Shown here: in pieces, positions 21,343 through 31,950 of the stretch
Position numbering within the stretch: position 1 is the first letter of the stretch
Layout of the letters: the number at the start of each line of letters is the position of its first letter
Origin: an uncultured Spirochaetota bacterium
GTDB lineage: Bacteria > Spirochaetota > UBA4802 > UBA5550
DNA: 64,000 nt
Direction: 5' to 3'
Assembly (NCBI GenBank): GCA_963827275.1
Contig: CAWHAA010000004.1
Span: forward strand, 672,001 to 736,000
Program-made: the position numbers and the translations under genes
The notes under the pieces: generated by a model
Told to the model about the DNA's origin: nothing
Seen by the model: only the letters and a program-made list of their open reading frames with translations
Databases searched by the model: none

Positions 21343-23163
21343 TCATTTCCGCTTTATGAGGATTGCCGTCAGGTCGTCTTTGACAGGGCACCCTTCAACG
21401 AACCGGTCGAAATCCGCGAGGATGTGATCGAGTATCTCGCGGGCGGTCGCTCCGCGGGCGTTTTTCAGCGACCCCATGAGATCGGTTTCCTGGTATATCC
21501 GTCCTCTGCCGTCCTGTGATTCGATCATGCAATCGGTGTACATGAAGAGGCAATCTCCCGGCAGGAGCTTTATCGACAGCGCCGATATCGGCGCCCTCAT
21601 CTCCGCCACGCCGAGGAATCTGCCGGTAATCTTGTTCCCCGTCCTGTCGGTGACCTTCCCGGTTTTACCGGACGGCCCGGACCTGAACAACATGTCCGGG
21701 GAGGCGCTGTTGGCGTATTCCACCGTGTCGCCGTCAAACCGGAGCAGGATGCCCGTCACGTAGTTGTCGGTCTGCCCAATCTCCGCGATCAGGCCGTCGT
21801 TGATGAATTCCATGACCCTGCCCAGCTTCTCTTTCCTGTACAGGTGGAAATTCCTGGTGATGGTCGATTTGGCCAGGAGGGTCAGGAGGCCCGACGAGAC
21901 CCCGTGACCGGATACGTCGAACAGGCCGAGGCCTTTCAGCGACCCGTCCTCCTCGTAGAAATCGAAGAAGTCCCCGGAGACCTCCGCCCACGGGCGCGAG
22001 GTAAAGGCGATATCGTAGCAGTCATCATCGGGCTGCTCCTTCGGCAGGAACGACGCCTGCACGGCGGCCGCCAGCACCATCTCCTTTTTCCTGGACCTCT
22101 CGTTCTCCTCAAGGGTCTTGTTTGTCTGTATGAGGTTGTCGTTCATCGCTTCCAGCTCGTTGTTGGCCGCCTCGATTTCATCGAATGCGTCTTCGAGCTC
22201 CTCGGTCCTCTGGGCCACCTTGGCTTCCAGATTGAGATTGAGGTCCATCAGCTGGTTCCTCGATTCACGGAGCCTGTTTTTCATCTCGTCCACTTCGAGG
22301 ATGATCTGGCTGATCTCGTCGTGCATCGGGACCTCGCGGGGCTGGCAGTTGAGGTCGCCGCTTCCGATCTTCTGCAAAAAGTCCGTGACGATGCTGGCCC
22401 TGTTCCTGATGGTCTTCGTGAGCAGCAGGGGGCTTAATATCCCGATAGCGAAGGACAGGAGGGCGAAGATCGCCATGCGCACGTAAAGGAGCGTGTTCGC
22501 AACCCCCGTCGTTTCGACCGTGATGTAAAAAAAGGTCACAATGAAAATCATCGGCAGGAGAACGGCCGAGACCGAGAGGGCGGTAAGGCGCTGAAGAAGG
22601 CTGATGCGGCGTGTATAATCGGCTCTGGTTTTTTCGGGGAAGGCGCCCCTGTCGAGCAGGCCCTGCACGAGAATTTCCGTTATAGAGAAGTATGATATCG
22701 CGCCGAGTATCGAGCAGATGACAACGCCCATCCACATGTTGACGAGCTGCGGCGTCCTCATGTCAACTAGTATTGAAAAGGGGACGATGGCGTTTGCCAG
22801 GAGGAGGGCCCACCTGAAAAAGGCCCCGACTGAGTGTATGACGGGAAGCCGGACCAGGCGCTTTTTCGCGCGCTCATATTCATCGGCGGCGACTGTCTCC
22901 CCTTTCATGGTTTTATTGAAATACCGGATGATCGGGAGAAGCACGATCCAGTTATTGACCAGCACAAACACGATGCCGAACACGAATGCGGGCGGCCAGA
23001 TTTTATTGAACACGCTCAATTGTTCCGGCGTCAGCTGGATATTGGCCCAGACATAGAACAATATGCCCGGCACTATGATAAAAAAACTGTATGCTTCGGT
23101 AAACAGGTTGAAGCGGAGGTAAAAATTTTTAAAATAGCGAGTATCCTGGTTACGGTCCATCAA
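21343..23163 (-). CDS. Membrane-bound SpoIIE/PP2C phosphatase with HAMP and coiled coil
   Basis: VSGDFFD, DVSGHG, YTDC, DDLT. Confidence 0.88.
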   Translation of the reverse strand: MMDRNQDTRYFKNFYLRFNLFTEAYSFFIIVPGILFYVWANIQLTPEQLSVFNKIWPPAFVFGIVFVLVNNWIVLLPIIRYFNKTMKGETVAADEYERAKKRLVRLPVIHSVGAFFRWALLLANAIVPFSILVDMRTPQLVNMWMGVVICSILGAISYFSITEILVQGLLDRGAFPEKTRADYTRRISLLQRLTALSVSAVLLPMIFIVTFFYITVETTGVANTLLYVRMAIFALLSFAIGILSPLLLTKTIRNRASIVTDFLQKIGSGDLNCQPREVPMHDEISQIILEVDEMKNRLRESRNQLMDLNLNLEAKVAQRTEELEDAFDEIEAANNELEAMNDNLIQTNKTLEENERSRKKEMVLAAAVQASFLPKEQPDDDCYDIAFTSRPWAEVSGDFFDFYEEDGSLKGLGLFDVSGHGVSSGLLTLLAKSTITRNFHLYRKEKLGRVMEFINDGLIAEIGQTDNYVTGILLRFDGDTVEYANSASPDMLFRSGPSGKTGKVTDRTGNKITGRFLGVAEMRAPISALSIKLLPGDCLFMYTDCMIESQDGRGRIYQETDLMGSLKNARGATAREILDHILADFDRFVEGCPVKDDLTAILIKRK

Positions 23164-23332
23164 CCCTCCATGCGCGGTACTGAATGCTGATTGCCCCGGG
23201 CGGGCGGCCGGCGTCGAGAAACCGGCGGCACGTGCGGGCCCCTGACAATGCCGGAATCCCCACGTTTTTACGTTCGGTAAACAGGGGCGCGGACAATAGG
23301 ATTTTTTATTGCCGGCGATGGCAGTATTAGCT

Positions 23333-23361
23333 TTGACAGGCGCCGTGATATGAGGTATACT
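23333..23361 (+). promoter_or_regulatory. Sigma-70 promoter
   Basis: TTGACA-N17-TATACT. Confidence 0.7.
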
Positions 23362-23433
23362 TTGTACAGGTAGGCACGCGCCGGAATAGAATAACCGGTG
23401 TTGTTGTGCAAAAAATCATTCCTGGAGGTTGAT

Positions 23434-24087
23434 ATGACAGAGGCATCGATACAGGCGCTGCAGGGACTCAGGGACCTGAGCATGCTGAAATGGTACGTGA
23501 TACCGCTGCTTGCGATCGTCATGTATATCTACGCGATCGAGATAAAAAAGGCCCGGGAAGCCGCGAACTGGGACGCGGTATTCGCCGGGCTCACGCTCTT
23601 CGGGATGGATTTTATCAACGAGACCTGGAACGGCTGGGTGTTCCACCTGACCCAGCGCTCCGCCTTCTGGACCACGCCGGGCGACACGGCCCTGCGCACC
23701 ACGGTGGGGTGGAACATCGAAATCATGTTCATGTTCGCGATCGCGGGGATCATTTTTTATCATACCCTGCTGCCGAATAAGGACACGAAGATTCTCGGCC
23801 TGCCGAACCGGTGGTTCTTCGCGCTCCTCTTCGCCGCGTTCTGCACCTTCGTGGAGTGCGTCCTGAATTACGGCGGCCACCTCGTCTGGGAATACCCCTG
23901 GTGGTTCCGGTCGTTCGGCGGCGTGTGGCTTGTTTTTATCTTTGGATACCTGATTTTCTTTGTCGCGATCAATATCATGCTGGGCCTGTCCAGCGTGAAG
24001 AAGAAGCTCATTTTCATCGGGGCAATTTACGCGATCGCGATCGCGGCGAACGTGATAGGGCTGGGGATACTCGATTTCATGTACTGA
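23434..24087 (+). CDS. Conserved hypothetical integral membrane protein
   Basis: About 7 TM segments; RBS GGAGG; promoter upstream. Confidence 0.7.
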   Translation: MTEASIQALQGLRDLSMLKWYVIPLLAIVMYIYAIEIKKAREAANWDAVFAGLTLFGMDFINETWNGWVFHLTQRSAFWTTPGDTALRTTVGWNIEIMFMFAIAGIIFYHTLLPNKDTKILGLPNRWFFALLFAAFCTFVECVLNYGGHLVWEYPWWFRSFGGVWLVFIFGYLIFFVAINIMLGLSSVKKKLIFIGAIYAIAIAANVIGLGILDFMY

Positions 24088-24126
24088 CGGCCCTGCAGGC
24101 CGGGGGCGGCGCGCCCTGCGCCGCCC

Positions 24127-25359
24127 TTACCGCTTCCTGGCCACCATCAGGTTTGACTGGCCCGGGCCGAAGAGGATGCCGTACCCGAAATTGAAGGGCA
24201 GGGGCCTGCTGCCGGCCGCATAGCGCTGCGCGAGGTCGTCCTGCGAAACCGGCGCGCAGTTTTGCAGCTGGAGAGCGGGGCGGTATACGCCGTAGAGCGT
24301 GGTGCTCCATCCTTTTGTGAAGAACCTGAAGGGGATCCCTGAATCGTCCTGCACCACGAGGGTGCTGCGTCCGAGTATAAAATCCCGGACCGGCTCGTAG
24401 GGCGGGTGATGGAGGAGGTATACCGCGGACTTCAGCAGGGTCTTGACCCCCCTCAGCCGCGTCAGGTATCTGCCCTCCGGCGTTTCACCGCTCACGGATT
24501 GCGGCCCGATTTTCATGGACAGGTAGACCAGCTCGCGCGCGCTCCTGTCCTTTCCGGTAAAGCGGATGCGCAGGCCGGTTATTTTTCCCCGGGGACCGGA
24601 CGGTACCCGGGCCGCGGTCGGCGAGAGCTCGCCTGAATCGTCGATGAAGACGTTGTCCACCGCGGTTACGACCAGGCCGAGCCGGGCCATGAAGATAAGC
24701 AGCGCCGGCGCCGCACCCGGCAGAAGCGTGTTGGCCATCTCCTGGGCCATGATCTTCGATTGGAAGTAGTTGTTGACCCCGTACATGTAGATGCCCCGCT
24801 GTACCGGGACAAGCCCGTCGACCAGCCGCCTGGAGCGGTGGTCGCGCAGCAGTGAAGCGTCCCCCTCCGGTTCCATGGCAATCATGAGGTACCTGCGGGC
24901 GTTCGGAAAGAAGGAATACAGGTTGATGAAGTCCGCCCCGCTCAGCGGGTAAAAGGCGGTGGCGCGGAACCAGAGCGCCGGTACATTGCGCTTCCGCCAG
25001 GGTGTTACGATGTCGATGGTTTCCTTCTGTATCCTGCCCCAGAGGTCGTCCATGAAACGCCGGTGCTCACGGTAGCGGGGCTCCTGCGTTTTCTGCCAGA
25101 GGTCGCTTTTCTCGCGGACTTCCATCCCCGCAAGGTAGCGCGCAACATCGTTCCAGTAGGGGTCGGCCCCGGCGCCCCGGGCCTGCCTCATGCAGGTGAC
25201 GTTGACGCCCGCCGCCAGTATCGGGAAGACCAGCATGCAGAGAACAAATGTAATTTTTATGGTTTCAGAAGGCCTGTGCCTGAGCAGGCTTTTCCCGTAG
25301 AGCCGTTTTTCCGGTGTTCGCCCCGTGCGGGACTCCCGCCGCGTCCTTTTCATTTTCAT
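24127..25359 (-). CDS. Conserved hypothetical protein (FYPLSGADF / QDDSGIP motifs); start uncertain
   Basis: Long ORF with TM segment and family-like motifs. Confidence 0.6.
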   Translation of the reverse strand: MKMKRTRRESRTGRTPEKRLYGKSLLRHRPSETIKITFVLCMLVFPILAAGVNVTCMRQARGAGADPYWNDVARYLAGMEVREKSDLWQKTQEPRYREHRRFMDDLWGRIQKETIDIVTPWRKRNVPALWFRATAFYPLSGADFINLYSFFPNARRYLMIAMEPEGDASLLRDHRSRRLVDGLVPVQRGIYMYGVNNYFQSKIMAQEMANTLLPGAAPALLIFMARLGLVVTAVDNVFIDDSGELSPTAARVPSGPRGKITGLRIRFTGKDRSARELVYLSMKIGPQSVSGETPEGRYLTRLRGVKTLLKSAVYLLHHPPYEPVRDFILGRSTLVVQDDSGIPFRFFTKGWSTTLYGVYRPALQLQNCAPVSQDDLAQRYAAGSRPLPFNFGYGILFGPGQSNLMVARKR

Positions 25360-25453
25360 GGGAGCCAATGATACAGGCGGGCGCAGGGGTTTAAAGCATT
25401 TTTTGCGCGGCAGGCGCGGCGTCCGCAAAAAAAGAGCGCTGCGGCAACGCCGG

Positions 25454-26479
25454 TCACTTGTCGCGCAGCGTGTGGCATGCGCGCCCGGGATGCTTGTCGA
25501 AGTAATCCTGATGCTCTTCCTCGGCGTAATAGAACGGCCCGGAGGGCCTGATCTCCGTCACCGACTTTTTCCCGAATACACCGGACTTGTCGAACTGTTC
25601 CTTCGATTTTTCCGCCGCACGCTTCTGCTCTTCAGTGTGATAGAAGATGATTGAGCGGTACTGGGTCCCGAGGTCCGGCCCCTGGCGGTTCAGCTGGGTC
25701 GGGTCATGGAGTCGCCAGAAATAGCCGAGCAGCTCGGCGTATGAAATGACCGACGGGTCGTATTCAACGCGCACCGCCTCGGCATGGCCCGTTGTGCCGG
25801 TGGCCACGTCGCGGTAGCTGGGGTATTCGGTGCTGCCGCCCGCGTATCCGACGGTCGTATCCACCACGCCCTTGATCTGCTTGAAGATATGCTCGACGCC
25901 CCAGAAGCACCCTGCCGCGAAGGTCGCCAGTTTCGTTTTTTTCAATGATTTCTTTTTTTTGAACAGGTACGCGTACTCGCCATAGCCCTCTTTCTCGAGG
26001 TCTTCGGCGGGGATAAACCGCAGGGAGGCTGAATTTATGCAGTAGCGGAGTCCGGTCGGCGCCGGGCCGTCGTCGAATACATGGCCCAGGTGCGAATCAC
26101 CCTGCCTGCTCCTGACCTCGGTCCGGATGGCCAGGAGGCTTTTATCCGTCTTCATTGTGATGTTTTCTTTTGAAATGGGACGGGTAAAGCTGGGCCACCC
26201 GGTGCCTGAATCGAATTTGTCAGCCGAGCTGAACAATGGCTCGCCGGAGATCAGGTCAACATAGATGCCGGGCCGGTGGTTGTCCCAGTATTCATTCCTG
26301 AAGGGGGGCTCGGTGCCGCATTCCTGCGTGACCCGGTATTGTTCCGCGGTCAGTTTCTTCATCAGGTCCTTTTTGTCCGATTTGCTCATGGCAGACGTCC
26401 CCTCTTTGCAACAAATATTCGGGTACGACATTCCTGCAAGGATTAAAAATATTAAAGATAATTTTATAAGGCTGCCCAT
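25454..26479 (-). CDS. msrAB: Bifunctional methionine sulfoxide reductase MsrB-MsrA with N-terminal hydrophobic leader
   Basis: GTEPPF, GWPSF, RYCINS (MsrB); [22 protein letters not shown] (MsrA). Confidence 0.95.
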   Translation of the reverse strand: MGSLIKLSLIFLILAGMSYPNICCKEGTSAMSKSDKKDLMKKLTAEQYRVTQECGTEPPFRNEYWDNHRPGIYVDLISGEPLFSSADKFDSGTGWPSFTRPISKENITMKTDKSLLAIRTEVRSRQGDSHLGHVFDDGPAPTGLRYCINSASLRFIPAEDLEKEGYGEYAYLFKKKKSLKKTKLATFAAGCFWGVEHIFKQIKGVVDTTVGYAGGSTEYPSYRDVATGTTGHAEAVRVEYDPSVISYAELLGYFWRLHDPTQLNRQGPDLGTQYRSIIFYHTEEQKRAAEKSKEQFDKSGVFGKKSVTEIRPSGPFYYAEEEHQDYFDKHPGRACHTLRDK

Positions 26480-26640
26480 GAATCCTCCATTATATTCTAA
26501 AATACTAAATGTATGGGTATGCGGGTAATTATTTTTTTATGTGATGCAAAAAAATTTCATGCGCCGGGCAGGGTGCGTCCGGCAGGACCGTCATAAAAAA
26601 AGCTTGTCATTTCTCGGCAGTCGCGTCCCGTAGTAACGCA

Positions 26641-27120
26641 ATGGACGTCATGAGTAAAATTACCGTTCTATTCTGCCTTGCGGCCCTCACGGCCGCGGTC
26701 GGTATGACGGGGGCCCTGGCCGCGGGAAACGCCCCGGCAGGCCGTGAGGGGACCGGTCCGCTCATGGAAAAAGCGGACAAGGATTCCGGCCATCATGACC
26801 TCACCAACGATCCGCCCGGCGAGACAAGGACCTACCGCGACAGCGGGTTGATCATAACCGTGAAAAAGCTGCCTGACGAGCTCGGCGGGCATAAGACATT
26901 CGAAGTGACGGTAGAGAACCAGAACGCGGTAAAAAAATCGCTGAGCGGCAGGATCTGCCTGTTCGACCTGCGCATCAAGCAGGCTGAATGCGGCTCGGGG
27001 GAGTGCCCGGTGTACATGGAGGTCCGGCCGAAATCGAAAGATACAAAAAAATTCAACTGCAGGGAAAAGTCTTTTTTCAGCGCCTGGACCTTTGTCATGG
27101 AGCAGGTATATGATTATTAA
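26641..27120 (+). CDS. Hypothetical exported protein
   Basis: Signal peptide, 4 Cys in the mature part. Confidence 0.6.
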   Translation: MDVMSKITVLFCLAALTAAVGMTGALAAGNAPAGREGTGPLMEKADKDSGHHDLTNDPPGETRTYRDSGLIITVKKLPDELGGHKTFEVTVENQNAVKKSLSGRICLFDLRIKQAECGSGECPVYMEVRPKSKDTKKFNCREKSFFSAWTFVMEQVYDY

Positions 27121-27135
27121 TGAAGCGCGCCGGAG

Positions 27136-28026
27136 GTGAGAGTGCTGCGCGACGGTGACAGCGGCGGGAGAGGGGACGAAGGGATCGTCAGCGGTGTCCT
27201 GGAGTCGTCACATCGCGGGACCTGTATACGGGGCGATGACGGAATGGAATATTTTTCCGGTGAAAACATCTGGCGGGGCTATCTCATCCACTGGGCGGGG
27301 CGGGGAGTGCGCGCGCGCCGTCTCCCCCAGGTGGATTACGAGACGGGCAGGAGGATCATCATACTGTGGCCCCGCGAGGACGGGCCGAGGCCGCCGTACG
27401 TTGAGCTGTATTATAACGAACGGCTGGTGAAGTATCCCGCGTCGGTCTTCGGGCATATCGCCATAAATGTAAACGGGACGGTCTTCAACTTTTCGCACCT
27501 CATCAACGAAAACGAGGCCATAAGCGAGGAGGAGTATCTGTATCGTCCCGCCCTCGGTGAGTTCGCGCCTTCTCCGGCAACCGGACGCTTCGATGTGTCC
27601 GACCGGTCACAGCCCTACTACGACAAGTTCGGGAGAAATTTCATGAGGACGATCCATGCCCTTCATGTCGAGGGCATCGATACCGGCAGGCTCATGGAGA
27701 TGTTCCAGGGTGAAATCGGCCTGATACGCGCCACGCCCGTAAGCGCGCGGCGGCCGGACAAGTACCGTGATTTTCATTTCCTGAAAAGGAGCTGTACGAC
27801 AATTATCCGTGACGGCCTGCGGCGGTGCGGCTACCCGGACATTCGCGGCATTTTGCCGCGGGACATGTTTGTGAGCGCGGCATACGTGATCCTGCGGAGC
27901 AGCGGCCCCTCCGTCAGGGCGCGGGCGTACCGCATGGAGCAGCTCAAGGTGGACGAGTCCCCCTATAGCGCCGTCCCCCCCCTCTTCAATCCCCTCAATG
28001 CGTATCGTGTCAGGAAAATTTACTGA
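27136..28026 (+). CDS. Hypothetical protein, possible permuted papain-like (His...Cys) hydrolase/acyltransferase
   Basis: FGHIAINVNG and FLKRSCTTIIRDGL. Confidence 0.5.
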   Translation: MRVLRDGDSGGRGDEGIVSGVLESSHRGTCIRGDDGMEYFSGENIWRGYLIHWAGRGVRARRLPQVDYETGRRIIILWPREDGPRPPYVELYYNERLVKYPASVFGHIAINVNGTVFNFSHLINENEAISEEEYLYRPALGEFAPSPATGRFDVSDRSQPYYDKFGRNFMRTIHALHVEGIDTGRLMEMFQGEIGLIRATPVSARRPDKYRDFHFLKRSCTTIIRDGLRRCGYPDIRGILPRDMFVSAAYVILRSSGPSVRARAYRMEQLKVDESPYSAVPPLFNPLNAYRVRKIY

Positions 28027-28042
28027 TGCCGCGCAGGGGCGG

Positions 28043-28603
28043 CTATTTCCCCATCCGGATCAGCCGCCCGATAAAATTCGGATATGTTTTCCGCGAGACA
28101 AATCCGGGCCTGTAGGCGCGCACTTCCTCGATGGTGATGAATGCGTTCGGTTCCATGATGTTGACTATCTCAAGAAAGTGATTGAGGCTTTTTTTCTGGA
28201 CGAGGGAATAGATGATCGAAACGGGCCCTTTCAGTCCCATGCCGTCGCTGATCGTCACCCCGTATCCCTCCTCGCGAAGCATGAGCGGCAATGCCGAGAC
28301 CTCCTTGCTGGTAATGACGCGTATCGATTTGAACCCGAAGGGCAATTTTTCTTCGAGCAGCATGCCGACGTAATTGCCGGCGGCGAAACCGGCGGCATAG
28401 ATGAGGTAGCTGTAAATGTTTTCAAGGCTGGCCAGGGCCTTGCTTATTGCGGTCAGCCAGATGAGGACCTCGAAGAAACCGAAAATCGGCGCGACATATC
28501 GATACCCGCGGGATATCAGGACTATTCGCACGGTGCCGATTGATACGTCCAGTATGCGCGCGAAAAATATGTATGCCATGGTAAGGAGCTCAGCCTGCGT
28601 CAT
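28043..28603 (-). CDS. UPF0316/DUF2179 membrane protein
   Basis: ARILDVSIGTVR, GFAAGNYVG, LREEGYGVT, PNAF. Confidence 0.85.
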   Translation of the reverse strand: MTQAELLTMAYIFFARILDVSIGTVRIVLISRGYRYVAPIFGFFEVLIWLTAISKALASLENIYSYLIYAAGFAAGNYVGMLLEEKLPFGFKSIRVITSKEVSALPLMLREEGYGVTISDGMGLKGPVSIIYSLVQKKSLNHFLEIVNIMEPNAFITIEEVRAYRPGFVSRKTYPNFIGRLIRMGK

Positions 28604-28866
28604 TCCCGTCATCCCTCCGTAACGTGCGGCGGTTCGGGCCGCCGCCGGGCGCAGTGGGGCCGTCAGCGCCATTGCATGGTATTGCACCATCCGGGGCCGT
28701 TGTCAAAAATAAAATTTGTCCCGGTTGAATTTTTCAATTGATGTTTTTCGGGTACGGTCCTATGACTACCTTCAATCCGCTATCCGCCGTATGTTTTCCG
28801 GTGCCCGCCTGGCGGGCAGCTGCGGCGTGTGGCGAACTGGTGCCGGGAAAAATCAATGCGGGACAT

Positions 28867-29661
28867 ATGAAAGGCTATAAGAAAAAATTCACATTTAAAA
28901 TAGGCACCACCTCCTACATCCTGCCGGTGAAGGAGGACAACCTGGTGTCCAATGTGGGCTTTCTCAAGGACAGCTTTGACATCGTCCAGCTTCTCTTCTT
29001 CGGGAGGGAGTATCTCGACGAGGTCATGTCGCCGCGGATCATCAGGGACCTCGCGGCCATACGGGAAGATGCGGGGCTTGCCTATACGGTACATCTGCCG
29101 TCCGACCTTGGGCTGCTGGATGCGTCTGATGATTCGCTGCGTTCATCGCTTGACGTGCTGGAGCGTGTCATTGATGAAACGGCCCCGCTTGGCGTCGAGG
29201 GGTATGTCCTTCATGTTGACAGGCTTGTGAACGGGGCGCCGAGGGTGGAGCCTGACGCCGTACACAGGGAGCTCTATCACAGGGCGCTCGATGCGATACG
29301 GGCCAGGCTGGGGAGCGCCGCGGCAAACATATACATAGAAAATACGACCTATGACCTGGTCTTTTTCAGCGGGATAATCATGAAGTCCGCCTGCAACGTC
29401 TGCCTGGATGCCGGGCACCTGGCGTTGCACAATCAGGACCCGGAAAAATTTATTGAGGTCTTCGGCCCGCGTATACGACAGGTGCACCTGCATGGGATTG
29501 CCGGGGGAAGGGACCACCAGGCGCTTACCGGATTGGATGCCGGTACCGGCGGGAGCATCTCCCGATTTCTACATGGGTTTAACGGTTCGGTGATCATCGA
29601 GGTCTATAACTTCCTCGACCTGGTGAAATCGGCGGAATATATAGAAAGCATATTGTATTGA
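28867..29661 (+). CDS. AP endonuclease-2 TIM-barrel protein, CbiR (cobamide-remodelling phosphodiesterase)-like
   Basis: KIGTTSYILP, YTVHLP, IEN, CLDAGH, VHLHG, RDH, IIEV. Confidence 0.65.
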   Translation: MKGYKKKFTFKIGTTSYILPVKEDNLVSNVGFLKDSFDIVQLLFFGREYLDEVMSPRIIRDLAAIREDAGLAYTVHLPSDLGLLDASDDSLRSSLDVLERVIDETAPLGVEGYVLHVDRLVNGAPRVEPDAVHRELYHRALDAIRARLGSAAANIYIENTTYDLVFFSGIIMKSACNVCLDAGHLALHNQDPEKFIEVFGPRIRQVHLHGIAGGRDHQALTGLDAGTGGSISRFLHGFNGSVIIEVYNFLDLVKSAEYIESILY

Positions 29662-29911
29662 TGTTCACGGCGTGTTATGCCCCCGGAGATGCCGGGTCCC
29701 GCACCTGCACCCGGATGAGGCACTATAATCAAGTAAACAGGGGGTATGCGCCATACATGGCGTAATGATTATGCATTGTCCTGCCCCCATGCCTGCATTA
29801 TCAGGCATAAATTTTAAAAATTTACTGGACATGAAACATATTACTTGTTAGTCCTGCTGTTAGCAATAGATCAACTTATTTTTTAAGAAAGAATGGTGAA
29901 GGAGGACTAGT

Positions 29912-30823
29912 ATGAAAAAATTACTCTTAGTTCTGCTCGTCGCCCTGTGCACCCTTGGGTTTGTTTTCAAGCCGTCCGCGTCGTACGCGGTGGAGGCCAA
30001 GGTGGGCATAAACATGATGGGCGACTGGTGGAAGCCTGCGTTCCTGCCCTTTGAGCAGGAGGCCGCGGCCAAGTTGTTTGGGTCAAACAGCAGTGATGAG
30101 CTGGAGGGATCGTTCATGTTCGGGCCGATGTTCTGGGTCAATGTCGCCAGCGGCTGGAACATAGGCGGGCAGATGCTGTTCGGGCTCAGCAGGAACAAGT
30201 TCGAGTACACGTCGCTTGCGATCGACCTTGACCTGCTCAGGTGGCCTGGCCTGCTGGCGGGATACCTCGACATGGGCGAATCGAAATGCCGCAGGTATGA
30301 CCTCGATGTGTATGCCGAGCACCCTTTCCACAAGTATTTTGACCTTATACTGGGGCTGCGGTTCAATTATGACGACGGCGAAGGCGAGTCCTGGCGCCTC
30401 GGGACGTTCTTCTTCGACCTGAAAAAGACCGACTACAGCGCGTGGTATTTCGGCCCCTCGGCCGGCGTCCAGTTCCATTATGAATTCGTCAAGGGGCTCG
30501 TGCTCAGCACCGCCGTGGCGCTGACATTCCAGTTCGGCGAGTATGAGAACGAGAAGAGATACCTCCAGTCGTTCTGGACGCTCATCCCGTACGAATACAC
30601 GGCCGGATATGTCTGCATCGGATTTGACATGAATGTCAAGCTCGCGTATTATATCCAGCCGGCGCACCTTGAGGTGTTTGTCGGCGGCAGGTACCAGGTG
30701 CTGCCGCACATCGCGGCGAGCGACGAAAGCCCGGTATACGACCTGACCTATAAAGACAAATGGATTGACGGCGAGGTCGAACACTGGGGCGGCATATTCT
30801 TCGGGGCCGCCTACAAAATATAA
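29912..30823 (+). CDS. Outer-membrane beta-barrel protein (paralog 1)
   Basis: Signal peptide, aromatic beta-strands, ends GAAYKI; RBS AAGGAGG. Confidence 0.7.
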   Translation: MKKLLLVLLVALCTLGFVFKPSASYAVEAKVGINMMGDWWKPAFLPFEQEAAAKLFGSNSSDELEGSFMFGPMFWVNVASGWNIGGQMLFGLSRNKFEYTSLAIDLDLLRWPGLLAGYLDMGESKCRRYDLDVYAEHPFHKYFDLILGLRFNYDDGEGESWRLGTFFFDLKKTDYSAWYFGPSAGVQFHYEFVKGLVLSTAVALTFQFGEYENEKRYLQSFWTLIPYEYTAGYVCIGFDMNVKLAYYIQPAHLEVFVGGRYQVLPHIAASDESPVYDLTYKDKWIDGEVEHWGGIFFGAAYKI

Positions 30824-30840
30824 ACAGACTACAACGTGAG

Positions 30841-30870
30841 ACAAAACCGCCGCGCAAGCGGCGGTTTTGT
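30841..30870 (+). terminator. Intrinsic terminator (bidirectional type)
   Basis: ACAAAACCGCCGC-GCAA-GCGGCGGTTTTGT. Confidence 0.8.
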
Positions 30871-30907
30871 TATATACGATGCGCCTGGCCTGGCGCGGGG
30901 GGAGGGT

Positions 30908-31909
30908 ATGAAAAAACTATGCATCATTCTATGCGGGCTGCTTGTATGTATCGGCATCGCGGTACAGCCGGCATCGTCCCAGGGTAAGCGCAAGCAGAAG
31001 CCAAAGGCGAAACGCGCGGCGGTGGTCAAGCCGAGAACAGGCGCCAGGTCCGCGGTTGAAGTGAAACTCGGCCTTTCGATGATGTACGACTGGTGGCAGC
31101 CGGCGTTCCTCAAGCTTGGAAACGGCAGGACGGGGAACCTCTATGCAAAAAAACACAAGTCCGACACTGACGGTTCGTTCATGATGGGGCCGGCTATCGG
31201 CATAAAAATCGGCAGCAGATGGAACATAAGCGCGGCAGCGCTCCTGGGATGCAGCAGGAACCAGTTCCGGCATTCAACATGGGCGATGGAGGCAAATTAC
31301 CTGAATCTTCTCATCCCTGATGCAATGACAAATCCATATCTTGATCGCGGCATCATGGAAGTCAGGCGGTATGACCTGGACGTCAACGTTGAACGGCTCA
31401 TGCTCAAATATTTAAACCTGCTGTTCGGCGCCCGGTTCAGCTATCAAGATGCCGGGGGGCATTCATGGAGAGGGTCCCGGCTCATATTCCCGGTCAGTAA
31501 AATCAAGGATGAATATACCAACTGGTACGTCGGCCCGTCGGTGGGAGTCGGGTTGTTTTATGAAGTTAAAGGATTTTCCATCAACGCGGGAGTATCGGCG
31601 CTGTTCCAGTTCGGCATCTATTACCTTGAGCGGAACAATCTTAACCCCTTCTATTTTAATTTCAATTTTATTTCTGACGAGTTTAAGGTTGCGCACCTTT
31701 CCATCGGCGCGGACTGCAGCGTTAAGCTGGCCTATTTTATCAAGCGTATCCGCCTCGAGCTATGGGTCGGCGGACGCTACGTCATTCTCCCCCACATCTC
31801 GCTGTACGACATTGACAGCGCGTTCAGCGCGTCGTATAAAAAAGGCTGGGTCACCGGCGAGGTTGACCAGTTCGGCGGCGTGACCTGGGGAGCTTCCTAC
31901 AAATTTTAA
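30908..31909 (+). CDS. Outer-membrane beta-barrel protein (paralog 2)
   Basis: Shares DWWxPAFL, RRYDLDV, VGGRY with upstream gene; ends YKF. Confidence 0.7.
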   Translation: MKKLCIILCGLLVCIGIAVQPASSQGKRKQKPKAKRAAVVKPRTGARSAVEVKLGLSMMYDWWQPAFLKLGNGRTGNLYAKKHKSDTDGSFMMGPAIGIKIGSRWNISAAALLGCSRNQFRHSTWAMEANYLNLLIPDAMTNPYLDRGIMEVRRYDLDVNVERLMLKYLNLLFGARFSYQDAGGHSWRGSRLIFPVSKIKDEYTNWYVGPSVGVGLFYEVKGFSINAGVSALFQFGIYYLERNNLNPFYFNFNFISDEFKVAHLSIGADCSVKLAYFIKRIRLELWVGGRYVILPHISLYDIDSAFSASYKKGWVTGEVDQFGGVTWGASYKF

Positions 31910-31942
31910 AGGCGGGGCCCGTCAATACCTTCTCCCCGCCTT
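31909..31942. terminator. Hairpin between convergent genes
   Basis: AAGGCGGGG...CCCCGCCTT. Confidence 0.5.
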
Positions 31943-31950
31943 GTTGTATC

